A stretch of 64,000 nucleotides of DNA from Elusimicrobiota bacterium (GCA_043811535.1 JBDRNC010000021.1:32001-96000); one strand, 5' to 3'. Positions 1 through 9,205 are shown, counted from the first letter of the stretch. The notes: generated by a model from the letters alone, not told the origin. Numbers and translations are program-made.

Positions 1-16
1 ATAATAACAAGTGATA

Positions 17-95
17 AGAGAATAGTGAATAGGGATTAGGATTTTAAAATATTATAGAAGTCTTTCTAAGTCCTATTCTCTAAGCACTATTCCCT
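17..95. repeat. Inverted degenerate 7-mer tandem-repeat element, AGNGAAT/CTATTCN family
   Basis: Left arm agagaat-agtgaat-agggatt-agg (17-41); right arm ctaagtc-ctattct-ctaagca-ctattcc (66-95); same family at 10275-10345. Confidence 0.8.
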
Positions 96-109
96 CGATT
101 TATTCTTTG

Positions 110-138
110 TTGAAAAACAACGTCAAAAGAGTTAAAAT
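110..138 (+). promoter_or_regulatory. Putative sigma70 promoter upstream of radC
   Basis: TTGAAA (110-115), 17 bp, TAAAAT (133-138). Confidence 0.5.
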
Positions 139-140
139 TA

Positions 141-240
141 GCGCAGAAACACGCAGATAATTAAAGCAGATTTATTCACAGATTAACGCAGATAGGAATT
201 ATCTGCGGCAATCTGCGTCTGAAAATCTGTATAATCCGCG
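141..240. repeat. Inverted ~9-11-mer repeat element, CGCAGAT/ATCTGCG family
   Basis: Five (C/A)GCAGA/CACAGAT units at 141-193 followed by four ATCTGCG/ATCTGT/ATCCGCG units at 200-240. Confidence 0.8.
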
Positions 241-257
241 TAATGGGGGAGGGGGAA

Positions 258-902
258 ATGGAACAGGAAAAACCTCGCGAGAAGCTGGCAAGGCTGGGGG
301 CCGAGGCGCTTAAATCGGAAGAACTGCTTGCGATCATGCTCGGAACGGGCTACAAAGGCAAAAATGTGTTCGGGCTGGCAAGGGAAGTTCTTTTGAACCA
401 TACGGCTGAAAAATTTGTCAGACTGACATTCAAGGATCTTTCTCAGATCAAGGGCATAGGCTTTTCAAAGGCTGCTTCGATTAAGGCATCGTTTGAGTTT
501 GCAAAGAGATGCATTGAAGGGGCGAGTTATCCGCCGCTTTCAAAGCCGTTGGATGTTCTGCCGATAGTCGGCGATCTCTGCGGAAAAAAGAAGGAGAATT
601 TCGTCGTCTTTTTCCTCAACGGCCGAAACCAGGTGATTTCCAGGGAAACAATATCTGTCGGCACGCTTAATGCCAGCCTGGTCCATCCGCGAGAGGTCTT
701 TGAACCCGCCATAAGGAGCGTCGCGGCGGGAGTGATACTGGTTCACAATCATCCGTCCGGCGACTGCACTCCTTCCGAAGACGACATTGAAATTACCAGG
801 CGCCTATCTGATGCCGGAAAAATAATCGGAATAGAGGTTGTAGACCATATAATAGTCGGCGGCGAAGGATATATTAGTTTCAAGGAAAAAGGGCTTTTGT
901 AA
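258..902 (+). CDS. radC: RadC-family JAB/MPN domain protein
   Basis: KPREKL N-terminus, GTLNASLVHPREVF, HNHPSGD, DHIIVG motifs; ATG at 258 follows GGAGG (ORF track starts at 243). Confidence 0.95.
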   Translation: MEQEKPREKLARLGAEALKSEELLAIMLGTGYKGKNVFGLAREVLLNHTAEKFVRLTFKDLSQIKGIGFSKAASIKASFEFAKRCIEGASYPPLSKPLDVLPIVGDLCGKKKENFVVFFLNGRNQVISRETISVGTLNASLVHPREVFEPAIRSVAAGVILVHNHPSGDCTPSEDDIEITRRLSDAGKIIGIEVVDHIIVGGEGYISFKEKGLL

Positions 903-906
903 ATAC

Positions 907-980
907 AATTACAGATTACACATTACAAATTTGCGACTTAATTCATTTAATCTGTAATTTGTAATCTGAAATATGTAATT
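907..980. repeat. Inverted 7-mer element, ATTACAN/NTGTAAT family
   Basis: attacag-attacac-attacaa, then taatctgtaatttgtaatctgaaatatgtaat; starts 5 bp after radC stop. Confidence 0.9.
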
Positions 981-995
981 AGTATTAGAGGCATA

Positions 996-1208
996 ATGAA
1001 TCGTCAGTGCTCAGCAGATAAAAATAAAAGCAAATGCAACTGCAACTGTACATATGAGCCTTGCCCGCGAAAGGGTATTTGCTGCGAGTGCATCTCGTAC
1101 CACTGGTTTTCAGGCAGGGAGCTTCCCGCCTGCTTTTTCTCTCCTGGAGCTGAGCGGACATATGACCGCTCGCTTGATAATTTCCTGAAAGACTGCAAAA
1201 AGCGATGA
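996..1208 (+). CDS. Small Cys-rich protein (DUF6485-like)
   Basis: [21 protein letters not shown]...LPACFF...TYDRS pattern; GAGG RBS. Confidence 0.75.
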   Translation: MNRQCSADKNKSKCNCNCTYEPCPRKGICCECISYHWFSGRELPACFFSPGAERTYDRSLDNFLKDCKKR

Positions 1209-1606
1209 CCAAGACGCTAAGACTTTTCTCTTTGTGGCTTCCGGTAGGGCTTTGGTGCTCGCTGATCTTTTATATGTCCGCGGTCCCGTTTCTCAAAACC
1301 GAATTGGGTTTTTGGGATTTAGTGCTCAGGAAAATAGCCCACATGGTTGAATTCGGGACGCTTTTCCTCCTGGCGAGGAGAGCGCTGAAAAACAGCGGAT
1401 TCGGGCTTGCGCTTAAAGAAGTGAATCTGGCATCCTTCGTATTTTCGATGCTGTACGCGGTTTCCGACGAATATCACCAGGCCTTCGTGCCCGGGCGCGG
1501 CCCGTCTCCGGTAGACGCGGGAATTGATACGATAGGGATAACATTTGCCTATATAATCAGTAAAACATTACAAATTACAAATTTCAAATTACAGATTAAA
1601 AGATAA
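1205..1606 (+). CDS. VanZ-family membrane protein
   Basis: [25 protein letters not shown] motifs; ATGA overlap with upstream gene. Confidence 0.9.
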   Translation: MTKTLRLFSLWLPVGLWCSLIFYMSAVPFLKTELGFWDLVLRKIAHMVEFGTLFLLARRALKNSGFGLALKEVNLASFVFSMLYAVSDEYHQAFVPGRGPSPVDAGIDTIGITFAYIISKTLQITNFKLQIKR

Positions 1607-1640
1607 GATGCAGTCAATTTGTAATATGTAATCTGTAATA
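1565..1640. repeat. Inverted 7-mer element, ATTACAN family, overlapping the VanZ C-terminus
   Basis: attacaa-attacaa-atttcaa-attacag encodes [10 protein letters not shown]; right arm aatttgtaatatgtaatctgtaat (1616-1639). Confidence 0.9.
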
Positions 1641-1674
1641 AAAGCGACATTTATAGAGAAAAGAACACATTTTT

Positions 1675-2508
1675 ATGAAGAACATTATAATATTGATATT
1701 TATTTCTGTTATCCTGATATCCGGCTGCGGGCCCGGGGCTGATTTTGACCACGCTAGAAGCCTTGAGAAGCGCGGATACTACGTCGAGGCCGGCCTCGAG
1801 TACGACAAACTGGTCAGGGAAAATCCCGATTACCCCAAATCCCCGGAAGCGCTGTACAGGCTCGGAAAGATTTACCAGAAAAAGATCAAGCTCTATCCGC
1901 ACGCGAAGAAATATTTTCAAAATCTTATAGACAGCTATCCGGACGCGCTGCCGTGGAGCGAATCGGCGAAAAGGGAGATACTTAACTGCCCGGACTATTT
2001 TCCGCTGACTAATGGCAGTTTCTGGATAGAAGGTGATTCCGCCACGGGCGGGCGCAATATGAGGGCCGAGTGGAACTGCCAGGAAATTTCAAGCGGCACG
2101 TTCAGGATCACGCGCAAGATCTCGGCCGGCGCAAAGCTGGTCACGACGATTTACAGGTATTTCAGGAAAGCCGAATTTGAGTTCCGGGAGTATACCGATA
2201 AGGACGCGCCGGCGTATACGATAGTTTATTCTTATCCCCTTGAAAAAGGCAGGGAATGGAAAACGTCTAGGGACGGAAGAATGATACTATGCAGGATCCT
2301 TGAAAAAGACATACCGGTCAGTGTGAAAGCCGGCAACTTTACCGGCTGCATAAAAATAAGCGAAGAAAGCCCAAGTCTTCCGGGTTCAAGAAAATTCAAC
2401 TATTACGCCCCTGACGTCGGCTGGATACTGACCACTACTTCGGCCTCAGGCCAGGAATTCAGGAACACCGAACTGATATCATATAAAATAATGCCGGCGA
2501 ATGAATAG
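1675..2508 (+). CDS. TPR-containing lipoprotein
   Basis: Lipobox-like LISGC after hydrophobic stretch; TPR-like EALYRLGKIY...AKKYFQNLIDSYP; beta-rich C-terminal domain. Confidence 0.75.
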   Translation: MKNIIILIFISVILISGCGPGADFDHARSLEKRGYYVEAGLEYDKLVRENPDYPKSPEALYRLGKIYQKKIKLYPHAKKYFQNLIDSYPDALPWSESAKREILNCPDYFPLTNGSFWIEGDSATGGRNMRAEWNCQEISSGTFRITRKISAGAKLVTTIYRYFRKAEFEFREYTDKDAPAYTIVYSYPLEKGREWKTSRDGRMILCRILEKDIPVSVKAGNFTGCIKISEESPSLPGSRKFNYYAPDVGWILTTTSASGQEFRNTELISYKIMPANE

Positions 2509-2580
2509 AAGGAAGACAGAAGACCGAAGACGGAAGAAAAAGAGTTCTGACTTCCTGCTTCATTCTTCCATCTTCCGTCT
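2507..2580. repeat. Inverted 7-mer element, GGAAGAC/TCTTCCN family
   Basis: ggaagac-agaagac-cgaagac-ggaagaa, then cttcctg-cttcatt-cttccat-cttccgt. Confidence 0.85.
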
Positions 2581-2602
2581 AAATCAACCGGAGGTTGATG
2601 CT

Positions 2603-2875
2603 ATGGATTGGAAAGCGTTTCTCGCCACGTTCGGAATGATATTCCTGGCGGAGCTCGGGGATAAGACTCAGCTTGCCGCTATAAGCATGACGTCTTCGAC
2701 AAAAAAACCCTGGGAGGTCTTTCTTGGGGCCACACTTGCGTTGGCTGTAGTCACGGCGATAGGAGTCATTTTTGGGCAAAGCCTCATGCGGATTGTGCCC
2801 GAACATGCGGTACATACCGGCGCCGGCATACTGTTTATACTGATCGGTGTACTTATTCTATTCGGCAAGTTCTAA
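2603..2875 (+). CDS. TMEM165/GDT1 (UPF0016) family transporter, single-repeat form
   Basis: ELGDKTQL motif, three hydrophobic helices; GGAGG at 2590-2594 supports ATG 2603 rather than 2501. Confidence 0.9.
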   Translation: MDWKAFLATFGMIFLAELGDKTQLAAISMTSSTKKPWEVFLGATLALAVVTAIGVIFGQSLMRIVPEHAVHTGAGILFILIGVLILFGKF

Positions 2876-2877
2876 TT

Positions 2878-3228
2878 ATGGGCGAAGAAAAAAGAAAAAA
2901 ACCGCGCCTTAACACCGTGTGCCCCTGTATTCTTAAAGGACATTCGGGAGAATACCACGGGCTACTCAGGAACATAAGCGTCGGCGGCGTGAGCATGGAA
3001 CTGCATGACAACCTTGGGGAAAAAGATAATTATGAACTGGAGTTTATTCTCATTGAAGGGCCGCGGATACGAGTCCTCTCCAGGATCGCATGGTCGATGC
3101 CTCAGGGCAGCGCGCAAATATACGGTTTTGAATTCCTAGACCTCGGTTTATTTAAGCGCATCAAACTGAATTCTTACATCGTAAAACACCTGAAAAAGCA
3201 ACAACAAAAACGTAATGTGACTGCGTAG
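2878..3228 (+). CDS. PilZ-domain protein
   Basis: RKKPR (RxxxR) and NISVGG ((D/N)xSxxG) motifs, YGFEF. Confidence 0.85.
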   Translation: MGEEKRKKPRLNTVCPCILKGHSGEYHGLLRNISVGGVSMELHDNLGEKDNYELEFILIEGPRIRVLSRIAWSMPQGSAQIYGFEFLDLGLFKRIKLNSYIVKHLKKQQQKRNVTA

Positions 3229-3241
3229 AAAGGAAAACAAA

Positions 3242-4273
3242 ATGAAGGTTGGAATAGCCGGCCTTGAATATGCCGGCAAGAAGAGTCTGTTCTCGCTTCT
3301 TACCGGGATTAAGGATGAAACTTCGTCAAAACGCATCGGCGTCATAAATGTCCCCGATCAGCGCGTTGACGCGCTGTCGGATTTCTATAAGTCAAAGAAG
3401 AAGGTCTATTCGCAGATAGAGTTTAACCTGTTGCCGTCCATTAAGAAGGAATCCGATGAAACAAAAAAGGCCCTGATGGACGCTAAATTCATGGATATGT
3501 TCGCTGTGGTAATAAGGCAATTCGCGGATGAAAATGTGTTCCATCCTTCGGGAAGCACGGATGTCAAGCGTGATTACGACGCCGTGAAGAACGAACTTCT
3601 ATTCGCGGACTTATACCTAGTTGAAACCCGGCTTGACCGCATAGATAAAGAGCTTAGATCCGAAAAAAGGGATATCCTTCTAAAAGAGAAAGAAGTCCTT
3701 GAGGTATTCCGCTCAAAACTTGAGAACGGCGCATTCCTAAACAGCGTGCAAATAGACGACGACAAATTGAAACTGGTGAAAAGCCTGAACTTCCTGACGA
3801 TGAAGCCGGTATTTGTCGTGGTCAACTGCGATGATAGCAGCGTAAAAGGCGAATTTGAATTTCCGGACGGTGTCAAATCGATAGCGGTTTCGGTAAAGAT
3901 AGAGAGCGAGATCCAGCAGCTGGACGAGAACTCCAAAAAGGAGTTCCTGTCGTCACTTAATCTGAAAGAACCGTCGCTGAACCGCATGATCAGGTTCGCT
4001 TATTCGTACGGCGACCTGATAACTTTTTTCACGGCCGGCGAAAAAGATTCGCACGCCTGGACGATAAAGAACGGGACACCGGCCCTCAGGGCCGCCGGCG
4101 CGATACACACGGACATTGAAAAGGGGTTTATCCGCGCGGAAATAGTGCATTATGACGATTTGATAAAGGCTGGTTCGGAAGCGGAAGCCAAGAGGCAGGG
4201 TCTTTACAGACTGGAAGGAAAAGAGTATATTATAAGGGACGGGGATATAGCCGTTTTCAGGTTTAACATATAG
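3242..4273 (+). CDS. YchF/Ola1-like protein with degenerate NTPase motifs
   Basis: VPDQR, TFFTAG, AWTI, AAGAIHTDIEKGFIRAE, RLEGKEYIIRDGD C-terminal signature; altered G1/G2/G3 motifs. Confidence 0.85.
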   Translation: MKVGIAGLEYAGKKSLFSLLTGIKDETSSKRIGVINVPDQRVDALSDFYKSKKKVYSQIEFNLLPSIKKESDETKKALMDAKFMDMFAVVIRQFADENVFHPSGSTDVKRDYDAVKNELLFADLYLVETRLDRIDKELRSEKRDILLKEKEVLEVFRSKLENGAFLNSVQIDDDKLKLVKSLNFLTMKPVFVVVNCDDSSVKGEFEFPDGVKSIAVSVKIESEIQQLDENSKKEFLSSLNLKEPSLNRMIRFAYSYGDLITFFTAGEKDSHAWTIKNGTPALRAAGAIHTDIEKGFIRAEIVHYDDLIKAGSEAEAKRQGLYRLEGKEYIIRDGDIAVFRFNI

Positions 4274-4367
4274 GTTTGTCAAGGGATATTTTTAAATATT
4301 TATTATATAGTATAGCAGGCAGTTGGGGGAAGTCCTGAGGTTCAATGAACCGAAGGCAGGAGGTCAT

Positions 4368-4706
4368 ATGCAGCAGGACAAATTCATAATGGACTTCCGA
4401 AAACTGCAGCGGCACGAGATGATTTGTTCAGTTATCATTTCCGACGGTGTAAGGGAAAGCTTCGGCATCATCAAGAATGTCAGCCAGAACGGGCTAAAGC
4501 TTGAAAGCGCGAACAGGTTTTTGATTAATAATACTTACACCATGAACTTCGTGCTTCCACACGGCCAGGAGCTGACGGTAAGGGGCAGATTCATATGGGT
4601 GAACAAAGGGGATACCTCATACACCTACGGCGCCAAGATCCATGACATCGGTTTTCTTACCCGTATGAGGTTGAAAGGTTATTTGAAGAGATTAAAGAGC
4701 AATTGA
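4368..4706 (+). CDS. PilZ-domain protein
   Basis: RKLQR and NVSQNG motifs; GGAGGT RBS before ATG 4368; C-terminus resembles 2878-3228. Confidence 0.8.
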   Translation: MQQDKFIMDFRKLQRHEMICSVIISDGVRESFGIIKNVSQNGLKLESANRFLINNTYTMNFVLPHGQELTVRGRFIWVNKGDTSYTYGAKIHDIGFLTRMRLKGYLKRLKSN

Positions 4707-5275
4707 CCCCGTTTCGCGGGATGTCCGGAGATGCTCAGCTGAAAACCCTAGACGAACTGATCAACAGCCGAAGGTCAATCAGGAAGTACCTTGAGAAAGC
4801 AGTTGAAAAAGAAAAGATAGAACAGGCGCTAGAATCCGCGCGCATGGCGCCTTCCGCGTGCAATGCCCAGCCTTGGCGTTTCGTAGTAACCACCGGCACT
4901 AAAAAAAACAAAATTATCAATGATGGGCTCGGCGGGCTGATTGTGTCCAATTCATGGACGAAAACCGTCCCTGTCATCGTTGTCGTCTGCAGCGTTTCAA
5001 GCCTTTTCACTCATAAGGTGGGAGAGAACATCCAAGGGACTCAGTATCATCTCATGGACTTGGGCATATCGATGGAACACTTCGTGCTCAAAGCTACGGA
5101 ACTGGGACTGGGTACCTGCTATATAGGGTGGTTCAACGGCAAACGCATCGGCAAACTGCTGAATATTCCTTCCTCATGGAAACCCGAATGTCTGATAACC
5201 GTGGGTTACCCGGATGAGAATCCGGAGCCGCGCCCCCGCAAACCGGCAGAAGAAATATTTAAATTTGAAGAATAG
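4703..5275 (+). CDS. Nitroreductase family protein
   Basis: RRSIRKY, APSACNAQPWRF, ELGLGTCYIG motifs; start may be ATG 4721. Confidence 0.92.
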   Translation: MTPFRGMSGDAQLKTLDELINSRRSIRKYLEKAVEKEKIEQALESARMAPSACNAQPWRFVVTTGTKKNKIINDGLGGLIVSNSWTKTVPVIVVVCSVSSLFTHKVGENIQGTQYHLMDLGISMEHFVLKATELGLGTCYIGWFNGKRIGKLLNIPSSWKPECLITVGYPDENPEPRPRKPAEEIFKFEE

Positions 5276-5276
5276 A

Positions 5277-5344
5277 GGTTATATGGCTACATGGCTAAAT
5301 GGCTAAAGACTTTAGCAATCAACCATTTAACCATTTGACCATTT
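5277..5344. repeat. Inverted 8-mer element, ATGGCTAN/TAACCATT family
   Basis: atggctac-atggctaa-atggctaa, then ttagcaat, aaccattt-aaccattt-gaccattt. Confidence 0.85.
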
Positions 5345-5366
5345 GGTTAATTAATCATTTAATTGT

Positions 5367-8300
5367 ATGATAAAGAAAACCTCCTCATCGAAAATCGACA
5401 TAACCGCTGAAATCCTGAAGGATCTCAATCCCGAACAGCTAAAGGCCGTAACGCACGAGTCCGGACCGCTTTTAATAATCGCGGGGGCCGGCACGGGCAA
5501 GACGCGCGTAATAACGCGCAGGATAGCTTATCTTATAGCCACGAAAAAAGCGCGCCCGTCGGAAATTCTGGCGCTTACTTTTACGGATAAAGCCGCCGCG
5601 CAAATGGAAGAGCGCGTGGACACGCTCGTGCCATACGGGTTCAACGACGTGCGGATCTCAACGTTCCATGCGTTCGGCGACAGGATACTCAGGGAAAACG
5701 CGCTGGAACTGGGCCTTCCTACGGATTTCCGCCTGCTTACCCCTGCCGAAGCCGCGGTGTTTTTCCGGGACAACCTGTTTTCATTCCCGCTTGATTACTA
5801 CCGCCCGCTCGGCGCACCGACACAGTACATCAGCTCGATACTAAAGGCGTTCAGCCGCGCCAAGGACGAGGATGTGAGCCCGCGCGATTACGTAAAGTTT
5901 GCCGAAGAGACCGGCAAAACGGCGAGAAAGCCCGATGAAAAGGAGGAAGCGGAACGGCAAATCGAGGTCGCAAAATCCTACCAGAAATATGAAGAGCTTA
6001 AAGGGAAGAACGGCTGTCTGGATTTCGGCGACCAGGTTGTGATGACGCTCAAGCTTTTCAGGGAGCACCCCGCGATACTTGAAGGATACAGAAAACGCTT
6101 CAAATACATTCTCGTAGATGAATTCCAGGACACGAACTACGCGCAGTTTGAGCTGGTCAAGCTTCTCGCGTCGCCGTCGAACAACATTACCGTTGTCGGC
6201 GACGACGACCAGTCGATATATAAGTTCCGAGGGGCGTGCCTGTCGAACATATTGAATTTCATGGAAATATATCCTTCATCGGAAACAGTTGTCCTGCGCC
6301 TTAATTACCGTTCGACCCAGTCGATACTCGACCCGGCGTATAAACTTATCACGCAGAACAACCCGGACCGCCTTGAGGTCAGGAACAAGATTAACAAAGA
6401 GCTCAAGGCCGAGCACAAGAAAGGGCAGGAAGTCAGGCATCTACAATTTGATACGGTTTCAACCGAAGCCGATGAGACCGCAAAACTTATATCGGAAAAG
6501 ATAAAATCCGGCAAATACAAGGCGAAGGATTTCGCGGTCCTTGTCCGCGCCAATGATTCCGCCATGCCGTTCATCAAGTCGCTTAACATGCTGGAAATAC
6601 CCTGGAGGTTTTCCGGATCGCAGGGTCTTTACGAGCGCGACGAGATACGTCTCTTGCTCGCTTTTTTGAGGGTCATCGCAAATCCCGAGGATTCCGCGAG
6701 CCTCCATTATTTCGCTTCATCGCAGCTTTACGATTTCAGCCCCATGGAGCTTTCCGTCATCAATCACGCCGCGTCGCATTACAGGCGGTCGCTGTCGCAC
6801 ATCCTGCGCAACATGGAGAAATACGCGAAAGAGACCGACGGCATTTCGCAGAAAACCGCCTCCGAGGGGAAACGCCTCCTGGCCGACCTTGAAGAGTATT
6901 ACGCTCTCGCCCAGAAACTCCGCACCGGCGAACTGTTGTATGAATTCCTGAAGCGTTCGAAAATGCTTGAAAATTTATACAATGCCGTGAGCGCCCCGGA
7001 TGTTGAAAAGGCAAAGAACATCGCCAAGTTTTTCGGCATAATCAGCCGTTTCGGTGAGATAACTTCCTACGACCGCGTCACGCGTTTCGTGGAATATCTT
7101 GACGCTTTGCTGGAAGCCGGAGACGATCCGGCGGAAGCCGACGCCGATTTCGACGTGGATGCCGTAAACGTCATGACTATACACAAGGCAAAGGGTCTGG
7201 AGTTCCCTGTGGTTTTTATGGTGTCGCTCGTGGAAGACCGTTTCCCGTCGCGCAACCGCCCGGACAAAATAGATATGCCGGTCAAGCTTGTTAAGGACAT
7301 CCTTCCTGAAGGTGATTTTCACATTCAGGAAGAACGCCGGCTGTTTTATGTCGGCATGACGCGCGCAAAAGACGAGCTTTATCTGACAAGCGCGCTTGAT
7401 TACGGCGGAAAGCGCACGAAAAAGGTGTCGCGTTTCGTGATAGAGGCGCTGGACAGGCCGAAAGCCGACGCGTCCGCCGTCAAATCTAGCCCGCGCGAGG
7501 TTATCGAACGTTTCGCCCCGGCGCCGGACCCGGCTGATAAACTTCTCATTCTGCCGGGGAAAGGCGGAATTCTGACGCTTTCCCCCTATGCGATAGACGA
7601 TTACCTTACATGCCCGTTGAAATACAAGTATATCCACGTGCTGAGAGTCCCTTTGTTGCGCCACCACACTGTGGTCTTCGGCGAAGCCGTCCACAATGTT
7701 CTGAACGAGTATTTCCGGCTTAAACAGCAGGGAAAGAAAGTGACCGCCGACGATATCGTGAAAATGTACGAGAAATACTGGTCATCGGCCGGGTTTTTGA
7801 GCCGTGACCATGAAGAAGAGCGTTTCCGGGTAGGGAAAGATAACCTTTTGAAGTATTACGAAGAGCAGGAAAAAGGCGGAATAATCCCGTTTTCACTTGA
7901 AGAGGAATTCAAGTTCATGATAGGGAATAAAATAAGGATTACCGGAAGATGGGACAGATTGGACGAAAGGACAGGAAGCAGGGAGCAGGAAGCAGGGAAC
8001 AGGAAGTCAGGCAAAGAACTCAAAACTCAAAACTCATCACCGGTGCAGCGGGTAATTGTTGATTTCAAGACTACCGGCAAAGTGCGTGACCAGAAAAAAG
8101 CGGACGATACGATAAAGGACAGCCGACAGTTGGTAATATACGCCATGGGGCACGAGTCAAAATACGGCCGGCTGCCCGATCTGGTAGAACTGCATTTTCT
8201 GGAATCGGGACTTACGGCATCGCTGAAACCGGCACAAGAGATGGCGGATAAACTCAAGGTAAAAATAGAAGAAGTAGCCGAAGGGATATATTCAAGACAA

Positions 8301-8375
8301 TTCGCGGCAAACCCCGAATACATGGCCTGCCAGTTCTGCGCCTATTCCAACATCTGCAGGGCGAAACAAACCTGA
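5367..8375 (+). CDS. UvrD/PcrA-type SF1 helicase fused to a C-terminal PD-(D/E)XK nuclease
   Basis: AGAGTGKT, DEFQD, VGDDDQSIY, NYRS, MTIHKAKGLEF, EERRLFYVGMTRA; C-terminal GRWDR...DFKT...QLxxY and Cys at TCPLKY plus CQFCAYSNIC. Confidence 0.93.
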   Translation: MIKKTSSSKIDITAEILKDLNPEQLKAVTHESGPLLIIAGAGTGKTRVITRRIAYLIATKKARPSEILALTFTDKAAAQMEERVDTLVPYGFNDVRISTFHAFGDRILRENALELGLPTDFRLLTPAEAAVFFRDNLFSFPLDYYRPLGAPTQYISSILKAFSRAKDEDVSPRDYVKFAEETGKTARKPDEKEEAERQIEVAKSYQKYEELKGKNGCLDFGDQVVMTLKLFREHPAILEGYRKRFKYILVDEFQDTNYAQFELVKLLASPSNNITVVGDDDQSIYKFRGACLSNILNFMEIYPSSETVVLRLNYRSTQSILDPAYKLITQNNPDRLEVRNKINKELKAEHKKGQEVRHLQFDTVSTEADETAKLISEKIKSGKYKAKDFAVLVRANDSAMPFIKSLNMLEIPWRFSGSQGLYERDEIRLLLAFLRVIANPEDSASLHYFASSQLYDFSPMELSVINHAASHYRRSLSHILRNMEKYAKETDGISQKTASEGKRLLADLEEYYALAQKLRTGELLYEFLKRSKMLENLYNAVSAPDVEKAKNIAKFFGIISRFGEITSYDRVTRFVEYLDALLEAGDDPAEADADFDVDAVNVMTIHKAKGLEFPVVFMVSLVEDRFPSRNRPDKIDMPVKLVKDILPEGDFHIQEERRLFYVGMTRAKDELYLTSALDYGGKRTKKVSRFVIEALDRPKADASAVKSSPREVIERFAPAPDPADKLLILPGKGGILTLSPYAIDDYLTCPLKYKYIHVLRVPLLRHHTVVFGEAVHNVLNEYFRLKQQGKKVTADDIVKMYEKYWSSAGFLSRDHEEERFRVGKDNLLKYYEEQEKGGIIPFSLEEEFKFMIGNKIRITGRWDRLDERTGSREQEAGNRKSGKELKTQNSSPVQRVIVDFKTTGKVRDQKKADDTIKDSRQLVIYAMGHESKYGRLPDLVELHFLESGLTASLKPAQEMADKLKVKIEEVAEGIYSRQFAANPEYMACQFCAYSNICRAKQT
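7972..8037 (+). repeat. In-frame 7-mer repeat tract inside the nuclease domain
   Basis: CAGGAAG-CAGGGAG-CAGGAAG-CAGGGAA-CAGGAAG (7972-8006) plus AACTCAA-AACTCAA-AACTCAT (8017-8037). Confidence 0.9.
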
Positions 8376-8380
8376 CGACA

Positions 8381-8486
8381 GTATCTAGTATCTCGTATCT
8401 GGTATCTCGTAACTACAAAAGACGAAGACAAATATTTAATTGTCTTTAACCTTGATCGAGATACGAGTCCCGAGATGCGAGATACG
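8381..8486. repeat. Inverted 7-mer element, GTATCTN/NAGATAC family, between convergent genes
   Basis: gtatcta-gtatctc-gtatctg-gtatctc, then cgagata-cgagtcc-cgagatg-cgagata. Confidence 0.9.
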
Positions 8487-8491
8487 GTTTT

Positions 8492-9109
8492 TTATTTGTT
8501 TTTAATAAAGAACACTACCCTGCGGTTTTTTTTGCGGTTTTCAAGACTATCATTGGGGATTACGGGTTTGTATTCGCCGTAGCCTACGGCCGCTATGCGA
8601 TTTGGCGCTATGCTTTTTTGAGTGACCATGTATTTAACCACGTTGGTTGCCCGGGCGGTTGAAAGTTCCCAGTTGGAGTCATACTGCGAGGTGTGAATGG
8701 GCGAGTTGTCGGTATGGCCTTCCACGAGCACATCATTTGGAAGCCCTGCAAGTATCGGGGCAACCATGTCCAGAATGCCGATGCCCTGCTGTGTTATGTC
8801 GGCTTTGCCCACTTCAAAGTAGGCCGAGCCTTCTTTTTCTTCCAGCGTGACGCGCATACCTTCCTTGGTCATCTCAACCTGGCCCTGCATCTCCTTTTCC
8901 TTCATCATCTCTTCAAGTTGTTCCTTGGCGTCAACCATGCCTTTGGAAAGCGCGGCGCTCAGGGCGTACAAAATAATGAAAAAGCAGACCAGTTCAGTCA
9001 TAAGGTCCGCGTAATTGACCATCCAGGGCGGAGCGGGATGCCCTATCTGCGCGACCTTAGGGTCGTTCGCATCTATCATGTTGCGCATCATCCGCTTGTT
9101 TATTCTCAT
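8492..9109 (-). CDS. motB: MotB-type stator subunit with OmpA-like peptidoglycan-binding domain
   Basis: WMVNYADLMT TM motif, VEGHTDN, SNWELSTARA, GYGEYKP, NRRV. Confidence 0.92.
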   Translation of the reverse strand: MRINKRMMRNMIDANDPKVAQIGHPAPPWMVNYADLMTELVCFFIILYALSAALSKGMVDAKEQLEEMMKEKEMQGQVEMTKEGMRVTLEEKEGSAYFEVGKADITQQGIGILDMVAPILAGLPNDVLVEGHTDNSPIHTSQYDSNWELSTARATNVVKYMVTQKSIAPNRIAAVGYGEYKPVIPNDSLENRKKNRRVVFFIKNK

Positions 9110-9119
9110 ATTTAAACCT

Positions 9120-9201
9120 AATTACACATTACAGATTACAAATTACAGATTGAGTGCCGAAAGTTTTTAATTTGTAATTGTCTAATATGTAATCTGTAAT
9201 T
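9120..9201. repeat. Inverted 7-mer element, ATTACAN family, between motA and motB
   Basis: attacac-attacag-attacaa-attacag, then taatttgtaattgtctaatatgtaatctgtaat. Confidence 0.9.
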
Positions 9202-9205
9202 GTAT

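Noticed and set aside
258..902. radC as a mobile-element marker
   Set aside because: It is the full-length form with the N-terminal helical region, and no integrase or conjugation genes are nearby.
2501..2602. N-terminal extension MNRRKTEDRR... of the GDT1-family ORF
   Set aside because: It is the translated repeat element; a GGAGG site supports ATG 2603.
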